From positions 43,003-107,002 of the forward strand of contig JBCCYW010000001.1 of the NCBI GenBank assembly GCA_039188945.1: a stretch of DNA of 64,000 nt, in the 5' to 3' direction. Source of the stretch: Patescibacteria group bacterium (GTDB lineage Bacteria > Patescibacteriota > Minisyncoccia > Phycocordibacterales > UBA918). The translations under genes and the position numbers were made by a program. Below, piece by piece: positions 19,335-29,096 of the stretch (the stretch's first letter is position 1; the number at the start of each line of letters is the position of its first letter). Under the pieces are notes generated by a model. That model was not told the DNA's origin, made no database searches, and saw nothing but the letters and a program-made list of their open reading frames with translations.

Positions 19335-19604
19335 CTAGCTGCCTTCAAGTGGAGGATTCGACTTTTGCAACGGGCTCATCACATTTGGGTTCCATTCAGC
19401 TGTGATTTCACCTTCTTTCTCTTCATATTCTTTTAGTTGATGATTGAGATACTGCTGCAAACGCTTGGCATGAGCTGGGGTCAGCGAGTAAATTTGGGCT
19501 TGCGATCCTGAAATGATACCCATCACAAAATATTCTGGGGTATAGCCAATTTTAATATTCTCAGCAAACAGCTTGGGTGCCTTCTTTAAATCATCTGGTT
19601 TCAT
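19335..19604 (-). CDS. Small conserved hypothetical protein (DUF3467-like)
   Basis: TPAHAKRL...L...L..YE...GEI pattern; -10 TACAAT 7 nt upstream. Confidence 0.7.
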   Translation of the reverse strand: MKPDDLKKAPKLFAENIKIGYTPEYFVMGIISGSQAQIYSLTPAHAKRLQQYLNHQLKEYEEKEGEITAEWNPNVMSPLQKSNPPLEGS

Positions 19605-19661
19605 GCAAACTATTGTACTGCCATGTTACGTTCCAAGCAAAAGCGGCGTATACTAGTTGAT

Positions 19662-20567
19662 ATGAATCACACAGCGAGAAGCTTTGTTTTACAACTAGGA
19701 GCGCTTATTTCTTTATATATCTCATTATCATTTTTGCTGGTGCTCCTCTTTGGCATTATTAATTTAGCTTTTCCTGATGCTGCTGAGAGCTATTGGGCTG
19801 CGGAAAGCGCTCATAGTAGTATCCGGATCGGCATCGCGATGTTACTTGTATTTTTCCCTACCTATATTGTGCTGACCAGAATGGTTAATCAGATCAGAAG
19901 AGTAGATACAGACGGCCAATATTTAACTCTGACTAAGTGGCTCATTTATCTATCACTACTGATTGGAGGACTGGTTTTGCTGGGCGATTTAGTGGCCGTC
20001 ATTATGACATTTCTAGAAGGAGAGATTACGGAACGGTTTTTACTTAAAGCGTTAGCTATCTTGGTTGTCGTAGGTGCTGCATTCAAATACTACATTCTTG
20101 ATGCTGGTGGGTATTGGATTGATCATGTTGGTCAATCGGTAGTGTATGGCCTCGTTGCTTTTGCAGTAGTCATTGTGTCAGTTGCCTATGGGTTTGTGGT
20201 GGTAGATTCACCCGAATTAGTTCGTGAAAAGAGAGTAGACCAGAATCAGCTGCAAGATCTACAAGAAATCCAGTGGCGAGTGATTGACTATTATGCTGTT
20301 AACCAGTCACTTCCAAATTCAATTGATATGGTATTTGAGTCTGGCGTACCAACTGCTCCAGAGAATCGTGACCAGTACAGCTACACCGCTACTGAAGAAG
20401 GTTTTGAGTTGTGCGCTAGCTTTAGTCAGGCCAGTAGTCCGAGCGACAGTTGGCCATCACGACCCGCCGACAAAGATGAATTTTTCGGAAGCACCAATAA
20501 CTGGGATCATGGTATAGGGTATCACTGTTTTGTAAGACCACTCCTTTCATCTGATGTGAGCGGGTAG
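19662..20567 (+). CDS. Membrane protein (DUF5671-like N-terminus, pilin-like C-terminal region)
   Basis: 5 TM segments, then DLQEIQ..V..YY.....LP and FELCASF. Confidence 0.7.
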   Translation: MNHTARSFVLQLGALISLYISLSFLLVLLFGIINLAFPDAAESYWAAESAHSSIRIGIAMLLVFFPTYIVLTRMVNQIRRVDTDGQYLTLTKWLIYLSLLIGGLVLLGDLVAVIMTFLEGEITERFLLKALAILVVVGAAFKYYILDAGGYWIDHVGQSVVYGLVAFAVVIVSVAYGFVVVDSPELVREKRVDQNQLQDLQEIQWRVIDYYAVNQSLPNSIDMVFESGVPTAPENRDQYSYTATEEGFELCASFSQASSPSDSWPSRPADKDEFFGSTNNWDHGIGYHCFVRPLLSSDVSG

Positions 20568-20621
20568 TGCATTCTCTACATAACTTTACGCTTCTAGGTT
20601 GTCGTGGCAGACTAAGAGCTC

Positions 20622-23435
20622 ATGCATAAACGTTTTGATAGCGCCGCCATTGAGAAGAAGTGGCAAGAAATTTGGGCTGAACAAAAGCTCTATGAAGTAG
20701 GAGAGCGAGATACTAGTAAGGAAAAAGAATACGTACTCGTCGAACTACCGTATCCATCAGGCAATTTACACATTGGTCACTGGCACGCCTTTGCAGTACC
20801 AGACATTTACGTGCGCTTTCTGCGCATGAGTGGGAAACAAGTGATCTACCCAATGGGGTTTGATGCCTTTGGCTTACCAGCCGAAAACGCTGCTATCAAA
20901 CGCAACATCAACCCACGCGAATGGACCGAAAGTAATATTGAGTTCATGAAAGGCCAGCTCCAAAGCATGGGCGCTAGTTTTTCTTGGGATAAAACTGCCA
21001 GCACGATTGATCCTAACTACTACAAATGGACACAATGGATGTTCACAAAGTTTTTTGAAAACGACTTAGCTTATCGGGGTGAAGCGATTGTTAATTGGGA
21101 TCCAGTAGACAATACGGTGATTGCAAACGAACAGGTGTTAGCAGACGGCACCTCGGAGCGCTCGGGAGCAGTAGTGGAGAAAAAGGTGATGCCGCAATGG
21201 ATGCTTCGGATCACGAAATACGCAGACCGCCTCATTGACGACCTCGACAACCTCGACTGGCCAGAACCAATCAAAGAGGCTCAACGACGGTGGATTGGTC
21301 GCTCTGAGGGAGCGGAGATTGATTTTAAGCTATCAACTGGAGACACTGTAACTGTCTTTACCACTCGTCCAGATACGCTTTTTGGTGCCACGTATATGGT
21401 GTTAGCGCCAGAGCATGCGTTGGTTAAACAAAACAAGGATAAGATTACGAACTGGGATACGGTTGAGTCATACGTAAAGGAAGCGGCTAAAAAAGATGAG
21501 CAGGACCGCCTTAATGACACCAAAGAAAAGACTGGTGTAAAACTTGAAGGCATTACTGCCACCAACCCAGCCAACAACGAAGAAATCCCTGTCTACATTG
21601 CTGATTATGTCCTCGCTTCCTACGGTACAGGGGCAATTATGGCTGTACCGGCACATGATGAGCGTGATGGTGCATTCGCTAATAAATACAATATTAAAAC
21701 AGTATCTGTGGTATACCCTGTTACTGGTATACCACAAGAAAATCCTGAGTTTAGAGAAAGTATCGTCGCTATTGTTCATAATCCAAAAAACGATCTATAC
21801 GCAACCATTAACTGGAAAGATCCACAAAAAACTTTATTTGTTGGCGGCGGCATTGATAGCGGAGAGAGTCCTGAGCAGGCAGCAGTGCGAGAGATTCGCG
21901 AAGAAACCCCCTGTGAGCATCTTGAACTTGTTTCAAAAACTACCACAATAGAACACTCTTACTTTGCCCACTCAAAAAACGTTGCTCGAAAGATAAGCGC
22001 CATAGGTTTATTGTTTACATTAACTTCTAGTGAGGAGACGGCTCAAGCCCTTGAGGTTGATGAAGCTGACCAGTTCCATTTCGAATGGAAAGACGCTCAA
22101 ACTATCGAGCGAGAACTTGATGACGAACTTCATAAAACAGTTTGGAACATGTTGGTGAAGAAAGAGGTCTTCACTAGTACTGGAAAGCTAATGAATTCAG
22201 GTGAATTTAATGGCATGGACTCAGAAGAGGCTAAGGAAGCCATTACCAAGAAAGTTGGTGGGCGAATGACCAGTACGTACCGAATGCGTGACTGGTCGGT
22301 TGGTCGGCAGCGCTATTGGGGAGTGCCGATTCCAATTGTCTATGATCCGGAAGGTAAGGCACATGTAGTGCCTGAAGAACATCTCCCATGGCTCTTGCCG
22401 GAAGATGTCGACCACAAGCCTACCGGAGAAGCACCACTGGCAAAATCTAAAGAGCTAAAAGAGCGGACCGAAAAAATCTTTGGTAAAGGGTGGACTCCTG
22501 AAGTGGAGACGATGGATGCCTTTGTCGATTCTTCGTGGTACTTCCTTCGTTACATCGATAATCAAAACGACTCGGCTCCAGTCTCAACAGAAGCTCAAAA
22601 GGACTGGATGCCAATAGATCTTTATTTCGGTGGCGCTGAGCACACTACCATGCACCTCTTATATTCTCGTTTCTGGCAAAAAGCGCTTTACGACTTAAAA
22701 CTAGTAGCGCATGAAGAGCCATACCAGAGGCGTATCAACCGTGGGCTCATTCTTGGCCCTGATGGCAACAAAATGAGTAAGTCTAAAGGGAATGTTATCG
22801 ACCCAGACGAGCAGGTGAAACTGGTTGGCGGAGACTCGGTGAAGATGTACCTAGCGTTCATGGGTCCATATGGCGAAACCGCTAATTACCCATGGGATAT
22901 GGGTGGGATTGCTGGCATTCGCCGTTTTTTGGAGAAGGTGAATGGTTTGCATGAACATCTTGCAGACACTGAACCCGAGTCAGTGACCAAACAACTTCAT
23001 AAAACCATTGCCAAGCTCAATGACGACATTCCAGTTTTCAAGTTCAATACCGCTATCTCAGCTATGATGGTCTTTGTAAATCTAGCGGAAAAGGAGGGTC
23101 TTAGTAAAGAATCATATCGGACATTCCTCACACTACTGGCTCCATTCGCTACTCATTTGAGTGAAGAATTGTGGGAGCAGGCTGGAAATACCACTTCTAT
23201 ACATAGAGAACCTTTTCCGGAGGCAAACAAAGAATTAGTTAAAGATGATGAAGTGACCATCGGCGTACAAATTAACGGTAAGCATCGTGGTGAAATCACC
23301 ATCGCTCCCGATGCCAGCGAAACTATAGCGCTCGTGGCAGCAAAAGCCGACGCACAACTAGCAGAAAAGCTAGGGGCGAGTGAACCAAAAAAAGTCATCT
23401 ACGTACCAGGCCGGATTCTTAATATTATTATCTAG
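20622..23435 (+). CDS. leuS: Leucine--tRNA ligase with inserted NUDIX domain
   Basis: PYPSGNLHIGH, FTTRPDT, GTGAIMAVPAHD, KMSKSKGN; NUDIX box GGGIDSGESPEQAAVREIREE. Confidence 0.96.
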   Translation: MHKRFDSAAIEKKWQEIWAEQKLYEVGERDTSKEKEYVLVELPYPSGNLHIGHWHAFAVPDIYVRFLRMSGKQVIYPMGFDAFGLPAENAAIKRNINPREWTESNIEFMKGQLQSMGASFSWDKTASTIDPNYYKWTQWMFTKFFENDLAYRGEAIVNWDPVDNTVIANEQVLADGTSERSGAVVEKKVMPQWMLRITKYADRLIDDLDNLDWPEPIKEAQRRWIGRSEGAEIDFKLSTGDTVTVFTTRPDTLFGATYMVLAPEHALVKQNKDKITNWDTVESYVKEAAKKDEQDRLNDTKEKTGVKLEGITATNPANNEEIPVYIADYVLASYGTGAIMAVPAHDERDGAFANKYNIKTVSVVYPVTGIPQENPEFRESIVAIVHNPKNDLYATINWKDPQKTLFVGGGIDSGESPEQAAVREIREETPCEHLELVSKTTTIEHSYFAHSKNVARKISAIGLLFTLTSSEETAQALEVDEADQFHFEWKDAQTIERELDDELHKTVWNMLVKKEVFTSTGKLMNSGEFNGMDSEEAKEAITKKVGGRMTSTYRMRDWSVGRQRYWGVPIPIVYDPEGKAHVVPEEHLPWLLPEDVDHKPTGEAPLAKSKELKERTEKIFGKGWTPEVETMDAFVDSSWYFLRYIDNQNDSAPVSTEAQKDWMPIDLYFGGAEHTTMHLLYSRFWQKALYDLKLVAHEEPYQRRINRGLILGPDGNKMSKSKGNVIDPDEQVKLVGGDSVKMYLAFMGPYGETANYPWDMGGIAGIRRFLEKVNGLHEHLADTEPESVTKQLHKTIAKLNDDIPVFKFNTAISAMMVFVNLAEKEGLSKESYRTFLTLLAPFATHLSEELWEQAGNTTSIHREPFPEANKELVKDDEVTIGVQINGKHRGEITIAPDASETIALVAAKADAQLAEKLGASEPKKVIYVPGRILNIII

Positions 23436-23447
23436 GCACAATGGGTG

Positions 23448-23461
23448 TTGACGTTTGTCAA
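23448..23461. promoter_or_regulatory. Palindrome overlapping -35 (possible operator)
   Basis: TTGAC-GTTT-GTCAA upstream of HTH gene. Confidence 0.4.
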
Positions 23462-23539
23462 ATAGCATGATAAAAATACCGGCACGTCTAAATTCTACGG
23501 GCTAAACGGCCCAGCAGATTTATTAGAGAATGAGGAACT

Positions 23540-24565
23540 ATGATTACATTTAAACCAAAAAACGTAACGAAGAAGCTGTTGGCAGTACTGCCAGACCGGG
23601 CTTGTGATGTGCTGGAGAAGCGCTATGGACTCGGTAAAGACGGCGAAACATATACTCTGGAATCGATCGGTCAGTCATACGGTATTACCCGTGAGCGCGT
23701 CCGTCAGATTGAAAACTACGGTATTCAGAGCATTCAAAAAGCCGATGTATACGGTGAGTTTGAAGAGGTATTTGCTGAGCTGCATAAGCTGATTGATGAA
23801 CTTGGCGGCGGTCTCATAGCTGAGCATGTACTCCTTGACGAGCTTACCAACGATCCAATCCTTCGTAATCATATTTATTTCCTCCTCGTTCTTGGTGACC
23901 CCTTCTATCGATCAAAAGAGAACCCCCAGTACGCTCACCGTTGGTACACGGAAAAGAAAATTGCTGAGCTAGTTGAAAAAGCCCTCAAAAGTGTTCATGG
24001 CACCATCAAACGAGACGAGCTTATCTCTGAGCAAGAAGTACTCAATCGCTTCCGAAACGAGCTGATTGAAATTGCTGATAAGTATGATGAACAGGTGATG
24101 AAGCGCTGGCTCATGATTTCAAAGCAAATCAGTAACAATCCACTTGGTGACTGGGGACACGCAGATAGTCCAAATGTCCGCGTTAAAGGTATTCGTGATT
24201 ATGCGTACCTAGCGGTAAAGCGTCACGGTTCACCAATGCACTTCCGTGAAGTAGCAGAAGCAATTGACGAATTGTTTAATCGCAAAGCACACACTGCTAC
24301 CACACACAACGAACTCATCAAGGACGACCGGTTTGTGCTCGTCGGCCGTGGACTCTACGCTCTCTCAGAATGGGGCTACTCAGCTGGTGTCGTAAAAGAA
24401 GTGCTCCGCGATATTCTTGAAAAAGAAGGACCGCTATCTCGTGAGGAACTTATTGATAAGGTACGCAAAGAACGATACGTCAAAGACAACACGATTGTTG
24501 TTAATCTTCAGGATGGCGCCCTCTTCAAGCGCCTCGCCAACGGTACGTACGCTGTTGTTGAATAA
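23540..24565 (+). CDS. Sigma70 region-4 HTH fused to C-terminal winged-helix (HARE-HTH-like) domains
   Basis: RYGL....TLESIGQSYGITRERVRQIE; PMHFREVA...THNELIKDDRFVLVGRGLYALSEWG. Confidence 0.8.
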   Translation: MITFKPKNVTKKLLAVLPDRACDVLEKRYGLGKDGETYTLESIGQSYGITRERVRQIENYGIQSIQKADVYGEFEEVFAELHKLIDELGGGLIAEHVLLDELTNDPILRNHIYFLLVLGDPFYRSKENPQYAHRWYTEKKIAELVEKALKSVHGTIKRDELISEQEVLNRFRNELIEIADKYDEQVMKRWLMISKQISNNPLGDWGHADSPNVRVKGIRDYAYLAVKRHGSPMHFREVAEAIDELFNRKAHTATTHNELIKDDRFVLVGRGLYALSEWGYSAGVVKEVLRDILEKEGPLSREELIDKVRKERYVKDNTIVVNLQDGALFKRLANGTYAVVE

Positions 24566-24582
24566 GAAACGTATCGTTTTAC

Positions 24583-24621
24583 ACAATGCCCGGCGACTGT
24601 TCAGCAGTCGCCGGGCATTGT
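24583..24621. terminator. Long hairpin / probable terminator
   Basis: ACAATGCCCGGCGACTG-N5-CAGTCGCCGGGCATTGT. Confidence 0.7.
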
Positions 24622-24639
24622 TGTACAATAGTCGTATCA

Positions 24640-25959
24640 ATGTCTGATGCAGTTAAAGCTTTGTTCGGCACACTTGGCGGCCCACTTTTGGTACTAGTGG
24701 GTCTCTATTTCATGAATCTTTCACTGCGGATCATGGGTATTGACGCTGAGCCAGTGTTTGCTTTAGTGATCGCCCTAACCCCTCTATGGCTGCCATTTGT
24801 GCTCTTTTACTTGTTTTATGACAATTGGATGGATTTTGTGCGCCTGCAGTTTGCTGTAGAAAACGGTCGAACAACGCTGCGTATTAAATTACCGCAAGAG
24901 GTATTCAAATCACCGGAGGCGATGGAAACAGTCTTTAATCAAATCCATAATCTCAATGGTCCTGACAATCTTTGGCAAGCGTACATCGATGGCAAAGTAC
25001 CGCTGATGTTCAGCTTTGAATTAGTTTCGATTGGTGGTGACGTACGGTTTTACGCCAACGTGCCAACTAAAAAAATTAAAAATCTACTCGAAGCACAGCT
25101 CTACGCTCAGTACCCAGGTATTGAAATAGTTGAAGAAACACTCGACTACACAGCTGAAATCGACAAGATCGGGGAAGACTTTGGCTGTATGTCGTTTCAC
25201 TTGGTTAAAAAGGAAGATCAGGAGTTTCCTATCAAAACCTACATTGATTTTGGCCTAGATAAAATGCCGAAGGAAGAAGAGAAGGTCGAGCCAATGGCGC
25301 CAATGTTAGAAGCGCTTGGTGCTGCCTCGCCAAACGAACGGTTATGGATTCAATTCCTAGTCAAACCGCACGGCAAGAAAAACTTTAATAATGGTCACCT
25401 TTCAGCTAGTCCTACCTGGGAAAAGAAAGTGTTTGCTAAGATTGACCAGTTACTTGGACGTGAAGGAGGTTCAAAGCTTGGCCCAGCTGAGCTGGAGCAA
25501 CAGCCCCGACTCACGACTGGTGAGCGAGACACCATCACTGCCATGGAGCGCAATGCTGGAAAGTACGCTTACGATACTGCTGTGCGCTGGATGTACATTG
25601 CTCGAGAAGGACATTTCAATGGAGATACAATTGGGCTCATTAATCGCAGCTTTAGTAATTACGACATCCTCAACCGCAACGGTATTGGCATTCGTTGGCG
25701 GACAGACTTTGATTATAATTGGTTTTCTGATTTTAGCGGCAAACGAAAGTTAAAAATGAAAAATGACGAACTGAAACAGTATAAGCTGCGCAAATATAGC
25801 AACGGCGGTCGTTCGGTAGATAAAACAAAAATAATGACTTCTGAAGAGCTCGCTACGGTATGGCATATTCCTGGGCGGTCAGTAGTCACTCCAGGACTAG
25901 CTCGCATTCCTTCTTCGCGCAGTGAAGCTCCAGCTAACTTGCCAATTAATGCTACGTAG
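24640..25959 (+). CDS. Membrane-anchored hypothetical protein resembling the N-terminal region of CPR VirD4/TraG-like proteins
   Basis: 2 TM; KSPEAME, FSFELVS, LYAQYP..EI.E..DY, EELATVWH.P motifs; no Walker A. Confidence 0.6.
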   Translation: MSDAVKALFGTLGGPLLVLVGLYFMNLSLRIMGIDAEPVFALVIALTPLWLPFVLFYLFYDNWMDFVRLQFAVENGRTTLRIKLPQEVFKSPEAMETVFNQIHNLNGPDNLWQAYIDGKVPLMFSFELVSIGGDVRFYANVPTKKIKNLLEAQLYAQYPGIEIVEETLDYTAEIDKIGEDFGCMSFHLVKKEDQEFPIKTYIDFGLDKMPKEEEKVEPMAPMLEALGAASPNERLWIQFLVKPHGKKNFNNGHLSASPTWEKKVFAKIDQLLGREGGSKLGPAELEQQPRLTTGERDTITAMERNAGKYAYDTAVRWMYIAREGHFNGDTIGLINRSFSNYDILNRNGIGIRWRTDFDYNWFSDFSGKRKLKMKNDELKQYKLRKYSNGGRSVDKTKIMTSEELATVWHIPGRSVVTPGLARIPSSRSEAPANLPINAT

Positions 25960-26991
25960 ATGCACGTTCACTATACCGACAACGTCACTTTGGTGACGCC
26001 TAAGAGAAGCTTACTGCACCGTAGTTTTCGGATCTTTGGTGTTTTGCTCGTGATTACTATTCCACTAGCGCTACTGGCAGCAGGCTATGGCTACGCACAA
26101 CTGCAGCCGCCAGATTCGTTTCCCAGCGGCGAACGCATTACGATTGAGGAGGGAAGTACTGTGCCAGAAATTGTCGCTCTATTTAAAGAAAATAATCTAA
26201 TTCGTTCACGAGATATCTTTTATCTTGCTCTCGTTTTAGCAACCGATCCAACTACAATTAAAGCGAGCACCTATCGCTTTCCAGAACCACTTAACGCAAT
26301 TGAGTTAGCGCAGCGATTGGCAGAAGGTGAGTTTGGGATCGATCTGGAACGGTTTGTGCACTACGAAGGGGAGCGAGTCGAGCAAATTGCCGAACGAGCA
26401 GAGATTGTACTGGAAGACTTTGATGCTGAACGTTTTATCCAATTAGCTTTACCAGGAGAAGGAAGATTATTTCCTGATACCTACCTAATCCCTGAGAATT
26501 TTTCGGCTGATGAACTCTACGAACTCATGATTGAGAATTTCGAAGCTCGGGTCGGCCCATTGCGACCAGCCATTGAAGCTAGCAACTTCACTGAAGAAGA
26601 GGTGCTTATTCTGGCTTCAATTCTAGAACGTGAGGCAAATTCACGTGAATCAAAGCGCATTGTATCCGGCATTCTTCAAAATCGGCTGGATATTGATATG
26701 GCGCTACAAGCTGACGCTACTATTGAATACGCACTCGAGGGCCCTCTTAATGAATTAGCGCCGGGTGAATTAGCTCGCAACTTGCAAGAACTTGAAAGTC
26801 CGTACAACACCTACAAAAATACGGGGTTACCACCAACACCAATTGGCAATCCTGGCTTAACTGCAATTGAAGCGGTGCTTGAACCAGATGCATCTTCATA
26901 CCTCTTCTATATCACCGGGCGCGACGGCAATTTCTACTACGCTAACAACTTTACTGAGCACCAGGCAAATGTGAACGCTTATTTACGTTAG
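25960..26991 (+). CDS. mltG: Endolytic transglycosylase MltG
   Basis: EGRLFPDTY, LASILERE, LQADAT, SPYNTY...GLPPTPIGNPG. Confidence 0.94.
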   Translation: MHVHYTDNVTLVTPKRSLLHRSFRIFGVLLVITIPLALLAAGYGYAQLQPPDSFPSGERITIEEGSTVPEIVALFKENNLIRSRDIFYLALVLATDPTTIKASTYRFPEPLNAIELAQRLAEGEFGIDLERFVHYEGERVEQIAERAEIVLEDFDAERFIQLALPGEGRLFPDTYLIPENFSADELYELMIENFEARVGPLRPAIEASNFTEEEVLILASILEREANSRESKRIVSGILQNRLDIDMALQADATIEYALEGPLNELAPGELARNLQELESPYNTYKNTGLPPTPIGNPGLTAIEAVLEPDASSYLFYITGRDGNFYYANNFTEHQANVNAYLR

Positions 26992-27015
26992 ACATTTTTA
27001 TGGTAAATTGTTGAT

Positions 27016-27119
27016 GTGTTCGCTAGCGGCGCGCTCTTCTGTGGGAAGCCGGGATCGAGCGCGGCGTGGACCCGCTAGTGGACACACCTACCAGGCAACC
27101 ACAAGTCCTGGTGTTTTTT
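27016..27119 (+). ncRNA. Candidate small RNA with own promoter and terminator-like end
   Basis: TGgTAAATT -10 (27001-27009); 14-bp stem 27016-27029/27072-27085 with G-U pairs on +; inner CGCGCTC/GAGCGCG; ACCAGG/CCTGGT then T6. Confidence 0.55.
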
Positions 27120-28172
27120 ATGAAAACTGTATTTGTAGGACTTTCAGGCGGTGTCGATTCTTCAGTGGCAGCACTCAGGCTCAAAAACCAGGGCTTTAAC
27201 GTCGTCGGAGTGTTTATTAAAGTCTGGCATCCAGATTGGATGGTGTGCAATTGGGAAGAGGAGCGACTCGATGCGATGCGAGTTGCTGCTCACCTCGATA
27301 TTCCATTTTTAACCTGCGATGCTGAAGAAGCCTACAAGCAAGAGGTGGCTGATTATTTTATCGCCGCCTACCAAGCCGGCAAGACACCCAATCCAGATGT
27401 CATGTGCAACCAGTCAGTGAAATTTGGTGCCTTTCTAAGATTTGCTAAAGAAAAGGGAGCTGATTATGTAGCTACCGGACACTATACTCGCAAGACCGTT
27501 GCCGAAGATGGTACGCAGCAGCTCTGGCGTGGCGTCGATACGAACAAAGACCAGAGTTATTTTCTCTGGACCCTTACTCAAGAGCAACTCAAACAAGTGC
27601 TGCTTCCAGTAGGCGACACAACTAAGGACAAGATCAGAGAAGAAGCTGAGGCAGCTGGTGTTCCTACTGCTAGTAAGAAAGATAGTCAGGGAATCTGCTT
27701 CCTCGGACATATCGATATTCCCGAATTCCTCAGTCATTACACTGAGCTAGTTCCAGGAGACGTTCGCAATGAAGCAGGCGAGACGATCGGACAACACGAA
27801 GGCGCCTTGGTGTATACCATCGGACAACGACATGGTTTTACGATAACTAATACAGATACTGAACCAAAACCACACTTTGTCATCGCTAAAGACACAACCC
27901 AAAACAGCATTACCGTCTCAACTGAACGCCCATTCTTAGAAAGTAGTGCACTAGTTACGTTGCTGACTCCGAATCTTATTGCTGAAATACAACCTGGAGA
28001 TAGGATTGAAGCTCAATTCCGCTATCGGCAAACACCGTTTGCAGTCACCGTAAAAGAAACTGGTAATGAAGTTGTCCTGGCGGTTGTAGAAACTACTGAT
28101 ACACCCGCTGCAGGGCAATCATGTGTACTGTATCGAGGTGAGGAGTGTCTTGGTGGTGGTATTATTGGGTGA
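27120..28172 (+). CDS. mnmA: tRNA 2-thiouridine(34) synthase MnmA
   Basis: SGGVDSS, TPNPDVMCN, ATGHY, KDQSYFL, DSQGICF. Confidence 0.96.
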   Translation: MKTVFVGLSGGVDSSVAALRLKNQGFNVVGVFIKVWHPDWMVCNWEEERLDAMRVAAHLDIPFLTCDAEEAYKQEVADYFIAAYQAGKTPNPDVMCNQSVKFGAFLRFAKEKGADYVATGHYTRKTVAEDGTQQLWRGVDTNKDQSYFLWTLTQEQLKQVLLPVGDTTKDKIREEAEAAGVPTASKKDSQGICFLGHIDIPEFLSHYTELVPGDVRNEAGETIGQHEGALVYTIGQRHGFTITNTDTEPKPHFVIAKDTTQNSITVSTERPFLESSALVTLLTPNLIAEIQPGDRIEAQFRYRQTPFAVTVKETGNEVVLAVVETTDTPAAGQSCVLYRGEECLGGGIIG

Positions 28173-29011
28173 TGTCAGTTCTCATTACTAAAGCCGACGG
28201 CAACCAAGAACCTTTCAAGGAGGAGAAACTGAAGCATTCATTGCGTCGAGCTGGAGCACACAAAGATGAGATAGACTCGATTCTCGCTCAAGTAACCTCT
28301 GAACTTCATAACGGAATAACAACCCAAGAGATTTATCGTCGCGCCTTTGCTTTGTTACGTGAAAGCTCCGCTCCAGTACGAGCCCGTTATTCACTGCGCC
28401 GCGCTTTGTTTGGCTTAGGGCCAACCGGCTTTCCGTTTGAGACTTTTTTAGCTCGCCTGTTCGAGGCTGAGGGCTACACCACCAGTAACAGTAATATTCT
28501 GCAGGGCAAATGCGCTGAGCATGAAATTGATCTAGCGGCCTACCAGCCAGAGCATAGTTTCGTAGCCGAAGCCAAGTTCCATGCTCGGCCAGGCATTAAG
28601 TCTGATCTACAAGTGGCAATGTATTCGTATGCTCGATTGCTAGATCTTCAGGAGCAGAAAATATGTAACGAAGATATTTGTGGTATTCAAGAGTTCTGGA
28701 TCATTACCAATACTAAATTTACCAGTGCAGCGCGCAAGTATGGTGAATGTGTTGGACTTAATATGTTGAGTTGGGACTACCCTAAGACAGGAAATCTTCA
28801 CGATCTGATCCAAAAGCATGGCGTATACCCAATTACCGTTCTCCAAAGCCTTTCTTCAGCGCAAGCAGCGACCTTAATTGCACGAGATATTATTCTTTGT
28901 AGTGAGCTCATTCAAAACCACAAAATACTTCGGCATCTCCACATCAGTAAGCGAAAAACAGAGTCAATTTTGAATGAAGCGACTGCACTATGTCGAAAAA
29001 CTGAACAATAA
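28172..29011 (+). CDS. ATP-cone domain fused to Mrr-like PD-(D/E)XK endonuclease
   Basis: ITKADG..EPF...KL..SL (ATP-cone); GPTGFPFE, HEID, VAEAKFH, ITNTKFT. Confidence 0.8.
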   Translation: MSVLITKADGNQEPFKEEKLKHSLRRAGAHKDEIDSILAQVTSELHNGITTQEIYRRAFALLRESSAPVRARYSLRRALFGLGPTGFPFETFLARLFEAEGYTTSNSNILQGKCAEHEIDLAAYQPEHSFVAEAKFHARPGIKSDLQVAMYSYARLLDLQEQKICNEDICGIQEFWIITNTKFTSAARKYGECVGLNMLSWDYPKTGNLHDLIQKHGVYPITVLQSLSSAQAATLIARDIILCSELIQNHKILRHLHISKRKTESILNEATALCRKTEQ

Positions 29012-29096
29012 GCTTTTCTGACTGCTTTTTGTCAATAGATTCTTAAAAAACCCTTGTGATATAATCCCCGCATAGTAGATTATTCGAGTTTTTTGT

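Noticed and set aside
19221-19436. Short ORFs over structured spacers (also 27008-27199, 42382-42603, 42946-43155)
   Set aside because: They overlap hairpin or repeat elements or real genes and show no protein motifs
27016-27119. Firm SRP (4.5S) RNA call
   Set aside because: Lacks the conserved helix-8 symmetric loop; kept only as an unassigned sRNA
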